Positions 1 to 10,163 of a stretch of DNA of 64,000 nucleotides are shown piece by piece (within the stretch, counting starts at the first letter, position 1; each line of letters starts with the position of its first letter). The stretch is from an uncultured Methanosarcinales archaeon (GTDB lineage: Archaea; Halobacteriota; Methanosarcinia; Methanotrichales; Methanotrichaceae). The notes beneath the pieces were generated by a model. The model worked only from the letters and a program-made list of their open reading frames with translations. It ran no database searches and was not told where the DNA came from. Position numbers and translations under genes: made by a program. Location: NCBI GenBank assembly GCA_963843555.1, contig CAWJKV010000004.1, positions 32,001 to 96,000 of the forward strand, in the 5' to 3' direction.

Positions 1-27
1 ATTCCATCGCCGCTCTAGACAGGGGCG

Positions 28-1242
28 ATGAAACTCGGGCCCTGCATAAAAACGTATAAAGACGATACTCACCGGGCACTGCCGCCGGAGGAGACGCAAA
101 AGCGGGTTGAAGCCAAGATGCCTGCCGCCGGGATCACAAGGGTTGCAGATATCACCAACCTGGACCGAATCGGCATACCCGTCTTCTCTTCCATACGACC
201 AATGGCCGACCGCGGAGCCGTTTCCGTCTACAATGGTAAAGGGGCTACGCCTACGGAGGCCAGAGTCTCGGCCATGATGGAAGGCCTGGAGCGCTACTCG
301 GCAGAGGTGCGAGACCGCGAATTGACCCTGGCCCGCTGTTCCAGCCTGGGCGCTGGGGCGCTGGACCCGGCTGACCTGATCCTGCCTGCCGGCGCGGAGG
401 CGGACGCCGAGATACCCTGGATCCTGGGGTGGGACATCATGAACGATGCGGAAATACAGGTTCCGGCCAATGCGGTCTTTCACCCCCTGTCCTCAGATTA
501 CAAGAGGCTCTTTCGTACCAACACCAGCGGCCTGGCATCAGGCAATGTGATCGAGGAGGCCATATTCCATGGTCTGGCCGAGGTCATCGAGAGAGACGCC
601 TGGGCCCTGGTGGAAACGACGCGCAATATGGGGCCGCTCATAAGCGATGTGGGTGACGGTCAGGCGAAAGAACTCCTGGACAAATTCGCAGCGGCCGGCG
701 TCGACGTCTATCTGAGAGATATCACCAGCGACATTGGCATTGCTACCTGTGCTGCCGCCGCTGATGATATCAAACTGCGCGATCCGACGCTTCTCACCAC
801 GGGCATGGGCACGCACACCAGCGCTCGCGTGGCAGTGCTTCGCGCTCTGACCGAGGTGGCGCAGAGCCGCCTTACCCAGATTCACGGGGCGAGAGAGGAT
901 ACGACCCTGGCAGATTTTCGCAAGCGAATAGGCTACGACAGGACGAAGAGGCTCAACCGTCATTGGTTTGAAGCCTCCGAGACGAAGAGCTTTAACGAAA
1001 TTGAGTCCTTCGATAGCGATGATTTCCTGCTGGATATAAAATATATGTTAAAGAAGCTGGAGGAGGCAGGGCTTGATCAGGTGGTGGTCGTGGACCTGAC
1101 ACGCGAGGAGATAGGCGTTCCTGTGGTCAGGGTAATTGTGCCTGGCCTCGAAGTCGCCGCAGTAGACCCGGAAAGGGTAGGCCAGAGGTGCAGGAATGCC
1201 AGAAATCGTCGTCTTCCTAGGGCCAAGTTTAGCCAGGTCTAG
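28..1242 (+). CDS. ycaO: YcaO family thioamide synthetase (methanogenesis marker 1; McrA thioglycine formation)
   Basis: YcaO motifs GKG...[26 protein letters not shown] and [10 protein letters not shown]; directly upstream of and overlapping tfuA. Confidence 0.95.
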   Translation: MKLGPCIKTYKDDTHRALPPEETQKRVEAKMPAAGITRVADITNLDRIGIPVFSSIRPMADRGAVSVYNGKGATPTEARVSAMMEGLERYSAEVRDRELTLARCSSLGAGALDPADLILPAGAEADAEIPWILGWDIMNDAEIQVPANAVFHPLSSDYKRLFRTNTSGLASGNVIEEAIFHGLAEVIERDAWALVETTRNMGPLISDVGDGQAKELLDKFAAAGVDVYLRDITSDIGIATCAAAADDIKLRDPTLLTTGMGTHTSARVAVLRALTEVAQSRLTQIHGAREDTTLADFRKRIGYDRTKRLNRHWFEASETKSFNEIESFDSDDFLLDIKYMLKKLEEAGLDQVVVVDLTREEIGVPVVRVIVPGLEVAAVDPERVGQRCRNARNRRLPRAKFSQV

Positions 1243-1846
1243 GGCAGAGGAGATCCTGGAGGCTGACTTTCGGCCTCCCGCCAAGCGCGGCGACCTCTAT
1301 AACGCTGCCAGGGAGGGAGCCAGGATCATTCTGCTCATAGACGGGGTCTTCTTCCAGGACTGCTCTGTGGCCCATAAGGAGGTCCTCTATGCCCTTGAGG
1401 CGGGAGCAAGAGTTCTGGGGGCATCGAGCATGGGAGCACTGCGGGCGTCTGAATTGGACATTTACGGCATGGAGGGCATAGGCATGATCTACCAGGCTTA
1501 CAAGAGCGGCCATCTGGTCTCTGATGATGAAGTGGCTCTCACCTTCGATCCTTTCACCTGGGAGCCGCGCTCCGAGCCGCTGGTGAACATTCGCTTCAAT
1601 CTGGATCTGGCCTGGCAGCAGGGAGCGATCAGCGCATCCTGCAAAGACAGGCTTTTCCGCTGTGCAGAGGCGCTCTACTTTCCAGAGAGAACCTATGAGC
1701 GGATGATGGAGAGTGCAAAGGCATTCGTTCCTGAAGAGGAGCTGCTGCATTTTCGCGAATTTCTGGCCGCGGAGCGAAGAGACTTCAAGATGGAGGATGC
1801 ATTGTTGGCTCTCGAGCGGGTGAAGGAGATAGCAGATGAGAATTAA
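1196..1846 (+). CDS. tfuA: TfuA-like protein, YcaO partner in thioamidation
   Basis: VFLGPSL, PPAKRGD, IDGVF, HKE and GASSMGALRASEL motifs; overlaps the ycaO 3' end. Confidence 0.95.
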   Translation: MPEIVVFLGPSLARSRAEEILEADFRPPAKRGDLYNAAREGARIILLIDGVFFQDCSVAHKEVLYALEAGARVLGASSMGALRASELDIYGMEGIGMIYQAYKSGHLVSDDEVALTFDPFTWEPRSEPLVNIRFNLDLAWQQGAISASCKDRLFRCAEALYFPERTYERMMESAKAFVPEEELLHFREFLAAERRDFKMEDALLALERVKEIADEN

Positions 1847-2111
1847 GGTCAGGTCTTTTGCCGGTTTTCGAAATATCCTGGGAAAAGAAATGGAGGTCGA
1901 GCTGGCGGAAGGGGCGAGGGTTGAAGATCTGCTGAATGACCTATGCTCTGCGAAAGCAGTTTTAAGGCCTCTCCTCTTTGATGAGGCGGGACTGAGAGAG
2001 GATGTGAATATCTTTGTGGCGGGCAAGAACATCGCATCCCTGGAGTCCCTTCGAACCATGCTCAATGATGGTGATGAGGTGGCCCTGTTTCCTGCAGCTA
2101 TTGGCGGATGA
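1836..2111 (+). CDS. MoaD/ThiS/SAMP ubiquitin-like sulfur carrier
   Basis: 91 aa beta-grasp pattern ending DGDEVALFPAAIGG (C-terminal GG); overlaps tfuA. Confidence 0.92.
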   Translation: MRIKVRSFAGFRNILGKEMEVELAEGARVEDLLNDLCSAKAVLRPLLFDEAGLREDVNIFVAGKNIASLESLRTMLNDGDEVALFPAAIGG

Positions 2112-2234
2112 GGGGCTCTCTAATGCAATGAATCAATTGAAGTTTAATTGAGACAATAGTATTAAGTATAACTATTAAATAGATTGAAATAATAGTTAAT
2201 AATTTCTCTGAGCTGAACAACGTTCTCGATCGCT

Positions 2235-3131
2235 ATGATGGAAGAGATTCAAGCTTTGAAGAAGGAACGCCACGCGACAATCCTGGCCCACAATTATCAG
2301 ATCCCTGCGGTCCAGGATGTGGCCGACCTGGTGGGCGATTCACTGGAGCTCTCCCGAGCTGCAGCCCGCCTGGACGCTGAGGTCATCATCTTTTGCGGTG
2401 TGGACTTCATGGCCGAGACGGCAGCCATCCTTTCGCCGCAGAAGAGGGTTGTGATACCTGAGAAGGGTGCCTGGTGCCCCATGGCCCATATGATCACACC
2501 TGATCAGCTGAAGGATCTGAAGGCTCTAAACCCTGAAGCGGCTGTGGTCTGCTATGTGAACTCCACGGCCGAGATCAAGGCAGAGAGCGATATATGCTGT
2601 ACATCTGCTAACGGCGTGCAGGTAGTAAACTCGCTGCCCAACAGGGAGGTCATCTTCGTTCCGGACAGGAACCTGGCTGCATACGTCGCCCGCATACCGA
2701 CAAGAAGGTCATTCCCTGGAATGGCTACTGCTATGTGCATGATCATTTCACTCCCGAGGATGTGAAGGCCGCGCGGGCGCTGCATCCCGGCAGCAGAGGT
2801 GCTGGTGCACCCGGAGTGCCGGCCGGAGGTCATCGATCAGGCCGATTTTGTCTACAGCACGGCTGGCATGGGAAAGCACGCCCTGGCAAGCCAGGCGCGC
2901 GAGTTCATCATCGGCACAGAGACCGGCATGATCTACAAGCTGAAGAAGGAGAATCCAGACAAGGAGTTCTATCCGCTGAGCGAGAATGCGGTCTGCCAGA
3001 ATATGAAGAAGACGACTCTGGAGAAGGTCTTGCGAGCGCTGCAGACTCTGGAGCCGCGCGTCACTGTGCCTGAGGAGATCGCGGGGAAGGCGAGAACGGC
3101 GATCGAGAGGATGCTGAAGGTCAAGGTTTGA
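2235..3131 (+). CDS. nadA: Quinolinate synthase, split by apparent indels near 2690-2800
   Basis: [20 protein letters not shown] and YVNS in ORF 2235; VHPEC, GTE and CQNMK in ORF 2799; the WNGYCYVH segment lies in an intermediate frame. Confidence 0.92.
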
Positions 3132-3495
3132 ACGATTGGCGGACAAACTGTCTTTCCTGGAAATTTGCATGGGAAGGGAGTTATGCAAAGAGCCAGGCGG
3201 ATGCTACTTACAGATCTTTGAGAATAGAAAATTCCATGATTCGCTACGTAACATTTGGGGTTGGGCCTAGAAGTATCTCCATTATATTATCCCTGCTGCT
3301 TAATGGATATCGAAAAAAAATGAAATTATACAATCAAGCCAAATGAAAACCCCGTAGTTGCCTAGATTATTTCGTTACAATGCCTTAGTAGCGACAAGCA
3401 AGGGCCGAAATGCCACATGGATTTCTAGCTGAAGAACGAAAAATATAAGCGTAAATTTGCTGCAACCATTTGCTGTTAAGCCTCTTTTTTCAAAA

Positions 3496-3720
3496 TTAAA
3501 GCAGGCTTGCTAGCTCTTCAATGCTAATGTCAGCATCTCGCAAAATTGCATGCAACGTGCCTTTGCGCAGATCCTTTTTGTGGAACGGCACTACTGCGAT
3601 CCTTTCCGTTCTCGGGTTGTAGTAATAATAATGGCTCCCTCTTACCCGTTTCAGTTCAAATCCGGCTCGTTCCAGTGCCCTGGCGAGCTTCTCTGGAGAT
3701 ATAGCCGGAAGCTTATGCAT
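3496..3720 (-). CDS. hicA: HicA family toxin (mRNA interferase)
   Basis: GF-x-LKRVRGSH, VPFHKKDLRKGTLHAIL; start overlaps the hicB stop. Confidence 0.9.
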   Translation of the reverse strand: MHKLPAISPEKLARALERAGFELKRVRGSHYYYYNPRTERIAVVPFHKKDLRKGTLHAILRDADISIEELASLL

Positions 3721-3946
3721 AGGCTTCAACGGAAACGGTGTACTCTAAAACATCGTTGTCCCTTGGCACTTCTTTTCCTAACTCGTTGAGGGTCTCGATA
3801 TAGCCTTCTATGGCCTCTTTTGCCATTGATATGGCTTCATCAATTGTCTCGCCAAATGTAACGCATCCGGGCAGAGCGGGAACTATGACCGTATATCCGC
3901 CATCATCCTCTTTCAATAATCGGATTCTATAATTCAATGTTTGCAT
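3713..3946 (-). CDS. hicB: HicB family antitoxin (short form, no C-terminal DNA-binding domain)
   Basis: EDDGGYTVIVPALPGCVTFGETIDEAISMAKEAI. Confidence 0.9.
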   Translation of the reverse strand: MQTLNYRIRLLKEDDGGYTVIVPALPGCVTFGETIDEAISMAKEAIEGYIETLNELGKEVPRDNDVLEYTVSVEAYA

Positions 3947-4000
3947 CTCAACTCAATATTCTTGTCCTGCTTATTCAACTTTTGGTTCTATTCCAGGACT

Positions 4001-4036
4001 TGCGCAGTCCTGAACTGAATGTTTCGGGACTGCGCA
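4001..4036. repeat. Inverted repeat with 14-bp arms (one mismatch) between divergent TA loci
   Basis: tgcgcagtcctgaa ... ttcgggactgcgca. Confidence 0.75.
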
Positions 4037-4086
4037 TTAAAGACGCAAAAGAGATATCTTAAGGGTCCACATCATATAATTATATC

Positions 4087-4331
4087 ATGAACTGGCAAGA
4101 TCGAATATCCCAGGATCCAAGAATCTTTGCGGGAAAACCGGGATCAAAGGTACGCGCATAGCAGTGGAGTTTGTCATCGAACTGCTGGCCAATGACTGGA
4201 CCAAATCCGAGATCCATCCAGAACTACCCCAGATTGACTCACGAAGACATTCAGGCATGTCTCCAATATAGCAAGCGACCTGATGAAATCCGAGAGGTGT
4301 ATCCTCACAAAGTCGAACAGGACGGCCTTAA
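4087..4331 (+). pseudogene. DUF433 family antitoxin, frameshifted
   Basis: Manual translation across frames: MNWQDRISQDPRIFAGKP / IKGTRIAVEFVIELLANDW / EIHPELPQLTHEDIQACL-like. Confidence 0.7.
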
Positions 4332-4601
4332 TGTGGCTACTAGCTGACGAGAATATCCCCCTCCGAGCCATATGAACGACTACGCAAGATGGGTTATGAT
4401 GTGCTATCGATCAGTGAGAGCGCTCCTCAGGCTTGCTACAGAGACATTATGATGCTTGCAGAAGAAGTAGGACGTATCCTTCTCATCTTTGACAAGGATT
4501 TTGGAGAGCTTGCTTTCAATTCAATAGACAGCCATCTTGCGGGATTTCCTTCCTTTGCCCCATTTTCTTTTCGATTTCCGCTATTTCGCAAGTATGCTTA
4601 A
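4331..4601 (+). pseudogene. DUF5615 (VapC45-like PIN) toxin, disrupted
   Basis: MWLLADENIPLRAI, then stop/shift, then MGYDVLSISESAP...RILLIFDKDFGELAF; follows DUF433, the usual pairing. Confidence 0.7.
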
Positions 4602-5328
4602 AAATTCCTTTACCACATCATCTGGATTGTTGAAACATTTGGTCGCATCATAGTGTTCGGCTACGGTAATACCATGCATTTTGAAAAGTCGATCTCGTTC
4701 ATGATCATGTACCGTACGTGATAGTTGGATGAAATGGCTCACCATCTACTTCGAGGATGCCCCATTTGCCATTATGGCAGATGAGAAAATCCGGTTCACG
4801 ATTCTTTCGATCCCCACTCGGCCCGAGCCTTGCCCTACAATTTGGAAGGAAGAGAACACCTGCTTTGTCAAATGATTGAGCTATTTTTATCTCAGACGCT
4901 GAACGGAAACCTAAATTGTTCCATGTCAAAATCTTTTCCGTCCGTTCTCCCGCAGCTTGATTAGATATGCCTCTGCCTTGTGCGATTTCAAGTAATTGAG
5001 ATCGCCAGTCGGGATCGATGTCGATAAGCTCACCGCTTACCATTAAACTATCCATTGCAATATCTACAGGGAGCACGGCTTCAATCGCTTTTTCAACGGA
5101 TATTCGAATGGGATGAGTCTTATCAATTAAGACGTCGTAAGCTGCACGTGGGCCTTTGAGTAGAAATCTCCAATAATCAACTCCAAAATCGGATGTGTAC
5201 CACCAAGAGTGTAGAGAGCATGAAAGCAATATATTCGCAGCATCTCCCTCGCTACCGTCAATTAAAAAACGAACTGCGCTTGCAAGAATTTGATCATCGC
5301 TTATCATATTGTCAAGTTGTGACGACAT
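4581..5328 (-). CDS. Hypothetical protein with C-terminal PD-(D/E)xK / DUF559(Vsr)-like nuclease domain, frameshift near 4730
   Basis: RSASE...REPDFLICHNGKWGILEVDGEPFH; continues in another frame as SRTVHDHERDRLFKMHGITVAEHYDATKCFNNPDDVVKEFLSILAK* (stop at 4581). Confidence 0.65.
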
Positions 5329-5533
5329 AATCCAAAATTATCGTCACCATCATTTCAATGCTCTCATTTGGCATATTTCCTGGCCCATGCTTTCCGCAGC
5401 CCGCGGCTATTGCCATCCCACCTTTCATTTATTGATATTCCCATCCTCCTTATCCGACAATTTAAGATTCAGTCACATCTTCGCCCGAAGCCGCACGCAA
5501 TCGTATGGACGAGCACGAGTTCGATTTGCTACC

Positions 5534-6436
5534 TCACACCTTCAACTTTCCCAGCAGCTCGCAGGCTTTGCACATCTTCCCGACGCAGGGCTCGCCGCAT
5601 TCGTGGCATTTGCCCAGCTCTATCTGAGCCCAGTCTCCGCCAGCCATTTGCGCTATCTTCTCAAACCCCTGCAAAGTGGACTGACGGACCCCTGGAAAGA
5701 GGTTCTCCAGGCTGTTCATCATATCCCTGACATCCGCTCTCAAAGAAAGCTGAGCATAAGGGCACTCCCTGGATTCTGTGAAGACTCCATTCACCATGCA
5801 GTAGAGGGCGATCTCCTTTTCCGGAATATCTCGCAGCGGCTTGATGCGGGGCACGAGGCCCGGCTGTGCCCTCCTGGGCCGGAAGCGCATGAGCCGTTCC
5901 ATGTCGCCTTTCAGATAGTTCATCATTACCGACTGCGCTTCATCGTCCAGGTTATGGCCTGTGGCGACTTTGGCTGCGCCCAGCCTTTTTGCCGTGCGGT
6001 TCAGAGCATTCTTGCGAAAGACTCCGCAATAGGTGCAGGGTGCGACCTTTTTCCCCACCACCATCTCATCCAGATCGTAACCATACATCTCCCGGAAGGA
6101 GACGATCTCCTGCTTGATTCCGAGCTCCGCCGCAATCGCCCGGGCAGCCTTGATGGTGTCGTCTCTGTATCCGGCAATGCCCTCATCGACGGTGACGGCC
6201 ACCATCTCCACGTCCCTCCCGGCCAGGATCCTGTGAAGACAAAAGAGCAGGGCGGTGCTGTCCTTGCCACCGCTCACGGCCACGGCGATACGCTCGCCTT
6301 CCTCGACCATGCAGTTCTTCTCAATTGTCTCTGCCACTCTTCTCTCAAAATCCTCGATAAAGTGATCCTGGCAGAGGTGCCGGCCAAAATAAGGCTGGGA
6401 GAGGATGGCCCGCTCACGGCACAGGGAGCAGATCAT
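5534..6436 (-). CDS. ttuA: TtuA/Ncs6 family tRNA 2-thiolation protein (TIGR00269-like)
   Basis: N-terminal CxxC...CxxH, PP-loop SGGKDS, CTYC, TGHNLDD, ECPYA and C-terminal CxxC...CxxC zinc finger. Confidence 0.9.
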   Translation of the reverse strand: MICSLCRERAILSQPYFGRHLCQDHFIEDFERRVAETIEKNCMVEEGERIAVAVSGGKDSTALLFCLHRILAGRDVEMVAVTVDEGIAGYRDDTIKAARAIAAELGIKQEIVSFREMYGYDLDEMVVGKKVAPCTYCGVFRKNALNRTAKRLGAAKVATGHNLDDEAQSVMMNYLKGDMERLMRFRPRRAQPGLVPRIKPLRDIPEKEIALYCMVNGVFTESRECPYAQLSLRADVRDMMNSLENLFPGVRQSTLQGFEKIAQMAGGDWAQIELGKCHECGEPCVGKMCKACELLGKLKV

Positions 6437-6451
6437 GCTTTGAATACTTCC

Positions 6452-7204
6452 TCAGTCAATCCTGAATCTCTCCCGGTTAGTGTACACGCTGAGCCTCTTT
6501 CCCCGCAGAAAAGCGACTATGCATAGACCCGTCCTCTCGGCAATGGAGATGGCAAGACTTGTCGTAGCGCCGCGCGAGACGATTATGGGGATGCCGGCCA
6601 CGGAGCATTTGAGCGCCATGTCCGAGGAGATTCTGCCTGTGCAGGCAACATATGTCCTGCCAAAATTCACATCTTCGGCCAGCGCATGGCCGATGACTTT
6701 GTCCAGGGCGTTATGGCGGCCGATGTCCTCTGTGATAGAGATCGCTTTCGTCTCATTGAAGAGGCCTACAGAATGCACTCCGCCAGTGGCCACGTGTGTC
6801 TCGGACAGGGAGATGGCCTTCATCGCCTCCTGAGCCTGTTCTTTGCCTATTACCAGGTCGGATTTTATCTCTGGAAGCTTCGACTCATCCAGAAAGGAAG
6901 CGATCCCGCCGCAGCCACTGACGATCGGCCTTCTGGGTACTATGGCTCGCATGGGATTGGTGACGATGGCCCGCGCTACATTGCCCTCAATCTCCAGGGA
7001 CTCAATCTCCCCCCTTCCGGATACGATCCTCTCGGAATAGAGGTGGCCGACTACGAACTCTGATCTCTTCTCAGGGCTGATCATCGCTGTTACGAAATGC
7101 CGGCCGTTGATGAAGATGGAGAGGGGAACCTCCTCCACTACCTGGCAGGTCGTCTCCTCGACCTCATCGCCATCCAGCTTCCGGCATTTAAAATTTTTTA
7201 GCAT
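6452..7204 (-). CDS. fdhD: FdhD sulfurtransferase (formate dehydrogenase accessory protein)
   Basis: EVPLSIFING, SGCGG, TGGVHSVG, EDIGRHNALDKVIG and GRISSDM; probable ATG at 7204. Confidence 0.9.
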   Translation of the reverse strand: MLKNFKCRKLDGDEVEETTCQVVEEVPLSIFINGRHFVTAMISPEKRSEFVVGHLYSERIVSGRGEIESLEIEGNVARAIVTNPMRAIVPRRPIVSGCGGIASFLDESKLPEIKSDLVIGKEQAQEAMKAISLSETHVATGGVHSVGLFNETKAISITEDIGRHNALDKVIGHALAEDVNFGRTYVACTGRISSDMALKCSVAGIPIIVSRGATTSLAISIAERTGLCIVAFLRGKRLSVYTNRERFRID

Positions 7205-7221
7205 TCTTTGCGACGCCTTCC

Positions 7222-8410
7222 CTACCCCATCCGGGCGATCTGTTCCAGAGCCGCCAGAAGCTTGTCGATCTCCCCTTCGGTATTGTAAAGATAAAGCGAG
7301 GCTCGGACGGTGCCGTACTTCAGTCCCAGGTGCTTCATGAGGGGAATGCAGCAATGGTGGCCGGAGCGAACAGATATGTTTGAAGCCTGATCTAGCATGA
7401 GAGCCACCTCGTGAGGCAGCAGCCCGTCCACGCCAAAGGAAACAACGCCACCCCGCGCTTCTGAGCCATCCTTTCCCGGGCCAATGATCTGCACGCCCTC
7501 AACCTCTTGTAGCCCATCCAGCAGCTTTCTGGTCAGCCGCATCTCCTGCGCATGAATCTCCTCGACTCCGGTTCGGGTCAGATAGTCCACGGCAGCGCCA
7601 AGACCAATGCCTGCCGAGATGTCTGGCGTGCCTGCTTCAAATCCCTCGTAGCCCTTCTTGATGACGTATTTGCCATCAAAGACATCCTCCACCATTCCGC
7701 CTCCCACCAGAAGAGGCTCTACCTCGCCCTTCCTCATCCAGAGGACTCCCGCGCCCGTGGGCCCAAGCATCTTATGGCCGGAGAAGCAGAGGAAATCGCA
7801 GTCGATATCCACGACGTTCACTGGCATATGTGGAACAGACTGGGCCCCATCGACGAGGAGGGCAGCTTCCTTTTCGCGGCAGATCCTGGCAACTTCCTTA
7901 ACTGGGAAGAACTGTGCCCAGAGCGTTGGAGAGCTGGCTTATAGCCACCAGCTTCGTGCCTTTGGTTATCGCTTTTTCATAATCCGCCAGGTCAAGCCTT
8001 CCTTCCCGGTCCGGCACTATTATCTCCAGCTCTATGCCCTGCTCCTTCAGCCTCATCCAGGGCAAGAGGTTGGAGTGATGCTCCAGAAGAGTGGTGACGA
8101 TCCGATCTCCCTTCTTCCAGGAGAGGCCGCGGGCAACGATATTGATGGACTCAGTGGTGTTCCTGGTGAAGACCGTCACGCCTTTCTCTCCTCCCACGAA
8201 GGCTGCCGCCTTACGGTGAGCGTCTCTGTAGCGCTGGTCGGCGAGCTGAGCCAGCCTGTAGACCCCCCGGCCGACATTGGCTTTGTAGGTTCTGTAGTAG
8301 TCCAGGACCGCTTGCAGAACCGGCTCAGGGGTGAGGCTGGTGGAGGCGCTGTCGAGGTAGATGACCTCCTTCAAAATAGGGAAATCCCGTCTTATATCCT
8401 GGACCCTCAC
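7222..8410 (-). CDS. sufS: Group II cysteine desulfurase (SufS-like), split by an indel near 7900
   Basis: YLDSAST, EHHSN, DGAQS, FSGHKMLGPTG (PLP Lys), EAGTP and RSGHHC. Confidence 0.92.
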
Positions 8411-9205
8411 AAAACCTCGTTCATGCTCCCCGTTCTGAAACCTTCCAGATCCAGGGTGACATATTTAAATCCGATGCTTTTGAGCTTCAATGCGATCTCG
8501 TCCCGGCAGTTCAATGCTTTTTCCGCATCCAATTGGGGGAGCTCAATTCGAGCCAGCTGGCCATGAGCCCTAACCCGAAGCTGCACGAATCCTAAGCGTT
8601 TCAGATACTCTTCTGCCTCTTCCACCATTCACGAGGTTGCCTTCTGTGATCCTCTCCCCATAAGGTATTCGTGAGGAGAGGCAGGCAGAGGAAGGCTTGT
8701 TCCAATTGGCGAGGCCAAGGCTCTGGGCCAGGGAACGAATATCCTCTTTGGTGATCCCTGACTCCACAAAAGGATGCCAGATTCCTTCTTCATCGCAGGC
8801 CTGGATCCCGGGCCGATAGTCCATGTAGTCGGAGAGGTTCACACCATCGGCTATGCAATCTATACCCTTTTCCCGGGCGATGCTCTTGAGAAGAGCCGCG
8901 GATTTTTTTTTGCAGATGTAGCACCTGTTGGCTGGATTTTGGGTGAAATCCTCATCAGAAAGAATGGAGAACTCTGCCACCATATAATTCAGTCCCAGGA
9001 ACCTTGCCAACTCTCGCGCTTGTTCTAGCTCACTTCTGGCCAGGGTTTCCGAATCTAGAACGACGGCCAGGGCAGAGTCGCCCAGGACGTCGTTCGCCAC
9101 CTTGGCCAGGAGACTGCTGTCTACCCCTCCCGAATAGGCCACCAGAAGCCTTCTCTTCCCGGCAATCCTATTTTTGAGATCCTCCAATTTCGCGGCCCGG
9201 TTCAT
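8407..9205 (-). CDS. larE: LarE-like ATP-dependent sulfur transferase (TIGR00268-like), indel near 8630
   Basis: PP-loop SGGVDS, RCYICK, DYRPG, KPSSACLSSRIPYG, then QLRVRAHG...GFKYVTLDLEGFRTGSMN in the next frame. Confidence 0.88.
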
Positions 9206-9242
9206 TATAGCTACCTTCTGGAGGAGATTTCCAGGGGATTAT

Positions 9243-9584
9243 TCATATAGCAGATCTCACTTCCGCTTTACACCTGGTGGAAATGCAGGCATTCTCATCA
9301 TCCTGAAGCATGCGGCAGATCTCGCAGATCCTCTTCACCAGATCATCTGCCTTTTTCTCGATAAGATCATCGGCTAGCTTTCCTATGGCCTCCCGGATAT
9401 CTTCCCTGAACTCAATATTATATCCTCTCTTCTTGGAGACGTACTGGGACACAGCCGGTGGCGTGATGCCCAGCATCCTGGAGACCTCTTTTTGGGATAT
9501 TCCTCTCTTGATCAGCTCCTCTGCGATGGCTGCCCTGATGCTGGGCAAAACATTCCAAACAATCTCCTCACATGGCGATTTCAT
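9243..9584 (-). CDS. Archaeal HTH transcription regulator with conserved Cys residues
   Basis: PCE...LPSIRA, SQKEVSRMLGITPPAVSQY (HTH) and CEIC. Confidence 0.8.
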   Translation of the reverse strand: MKSPCEEIVWNVLPSIRAAIAEELIKRGISQKEVSRMLGITPPAVSQYVSKKRGYNIEFREDIREAIGKLADDLIEKKADDLVKRICEICRMLQDDENACISTRCKAEVRSAI

Positions 9585-9811
9585 CTATCTAGTGCCTCAA
9601 ATCTGCGGTTATTGGCTTATTAATAAAGTCTTATTGATCAAGCCCTTCAAGCCTTAATTCTATAATCCTGGCGGAATCCTATGAATTTAACCCTTGCTGT
9701 TCCTTCGGTGCTGTCTCTCGCCGTCTGGCGAAGCGATCCCAGGCTCACTATGGGACAGGCCTTGCTGGTCAGCACCATTGTCCACCTCCACCTTATCGTC
9801 GTCTGATAATG

Positions 9812-10006
9812 TTATTTCCCCAGTCGGGAAACGGGAGATAATGAGTTCAGCCGAGCCAGGAAGAAGAGCTTATGGGTCCAGCGAAAATGAGATATCCTGT
9901 TCATCCAGAGGGCATGCAGGCCCGGATAGCATAGGATGACCTCCAGTGTCGATCTGGCGGCGGGATCCTTGGCAAAGACGGTCTGGATGTCTTCTGTGAT
10001 GCCCAT
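9812..10006 (-). pseudogene. cysE: Serine O-acetyltransferase N-terminal remnant
   Basis: MGITEDIQTVFAKDPAARSTLEVILCYPGLHALWMNRISH...LARL matches the CysE N-terminus; the hexapeptide-repeat domain is missing downstream. Confidence 0.75.
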
Positions 10007-10163
10007 TTCGGATAAGTCCTCAAAGAATCTTAACAGGAAACTTTGGCTATTGAAACGTTGCTTTATTTTCTGGCAACCATGCCTTCTGTTTCTTTCCGTC
10101 ACAATTGTTAATTGAGCAGAATATATAAAGATTGCCGAGGAAGGCTTGACAAGTGGGTTGGCT

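Noticed and set aside
5309..8566. Long antisense ORFs (e.g. 5309-6526, 7658-8566; also 14372-15292 and 24716-25594, and same-strand 24967-25983)
   Set aside because: Shadow frames of GC-rich genuine genes, with no recognisable motifs.
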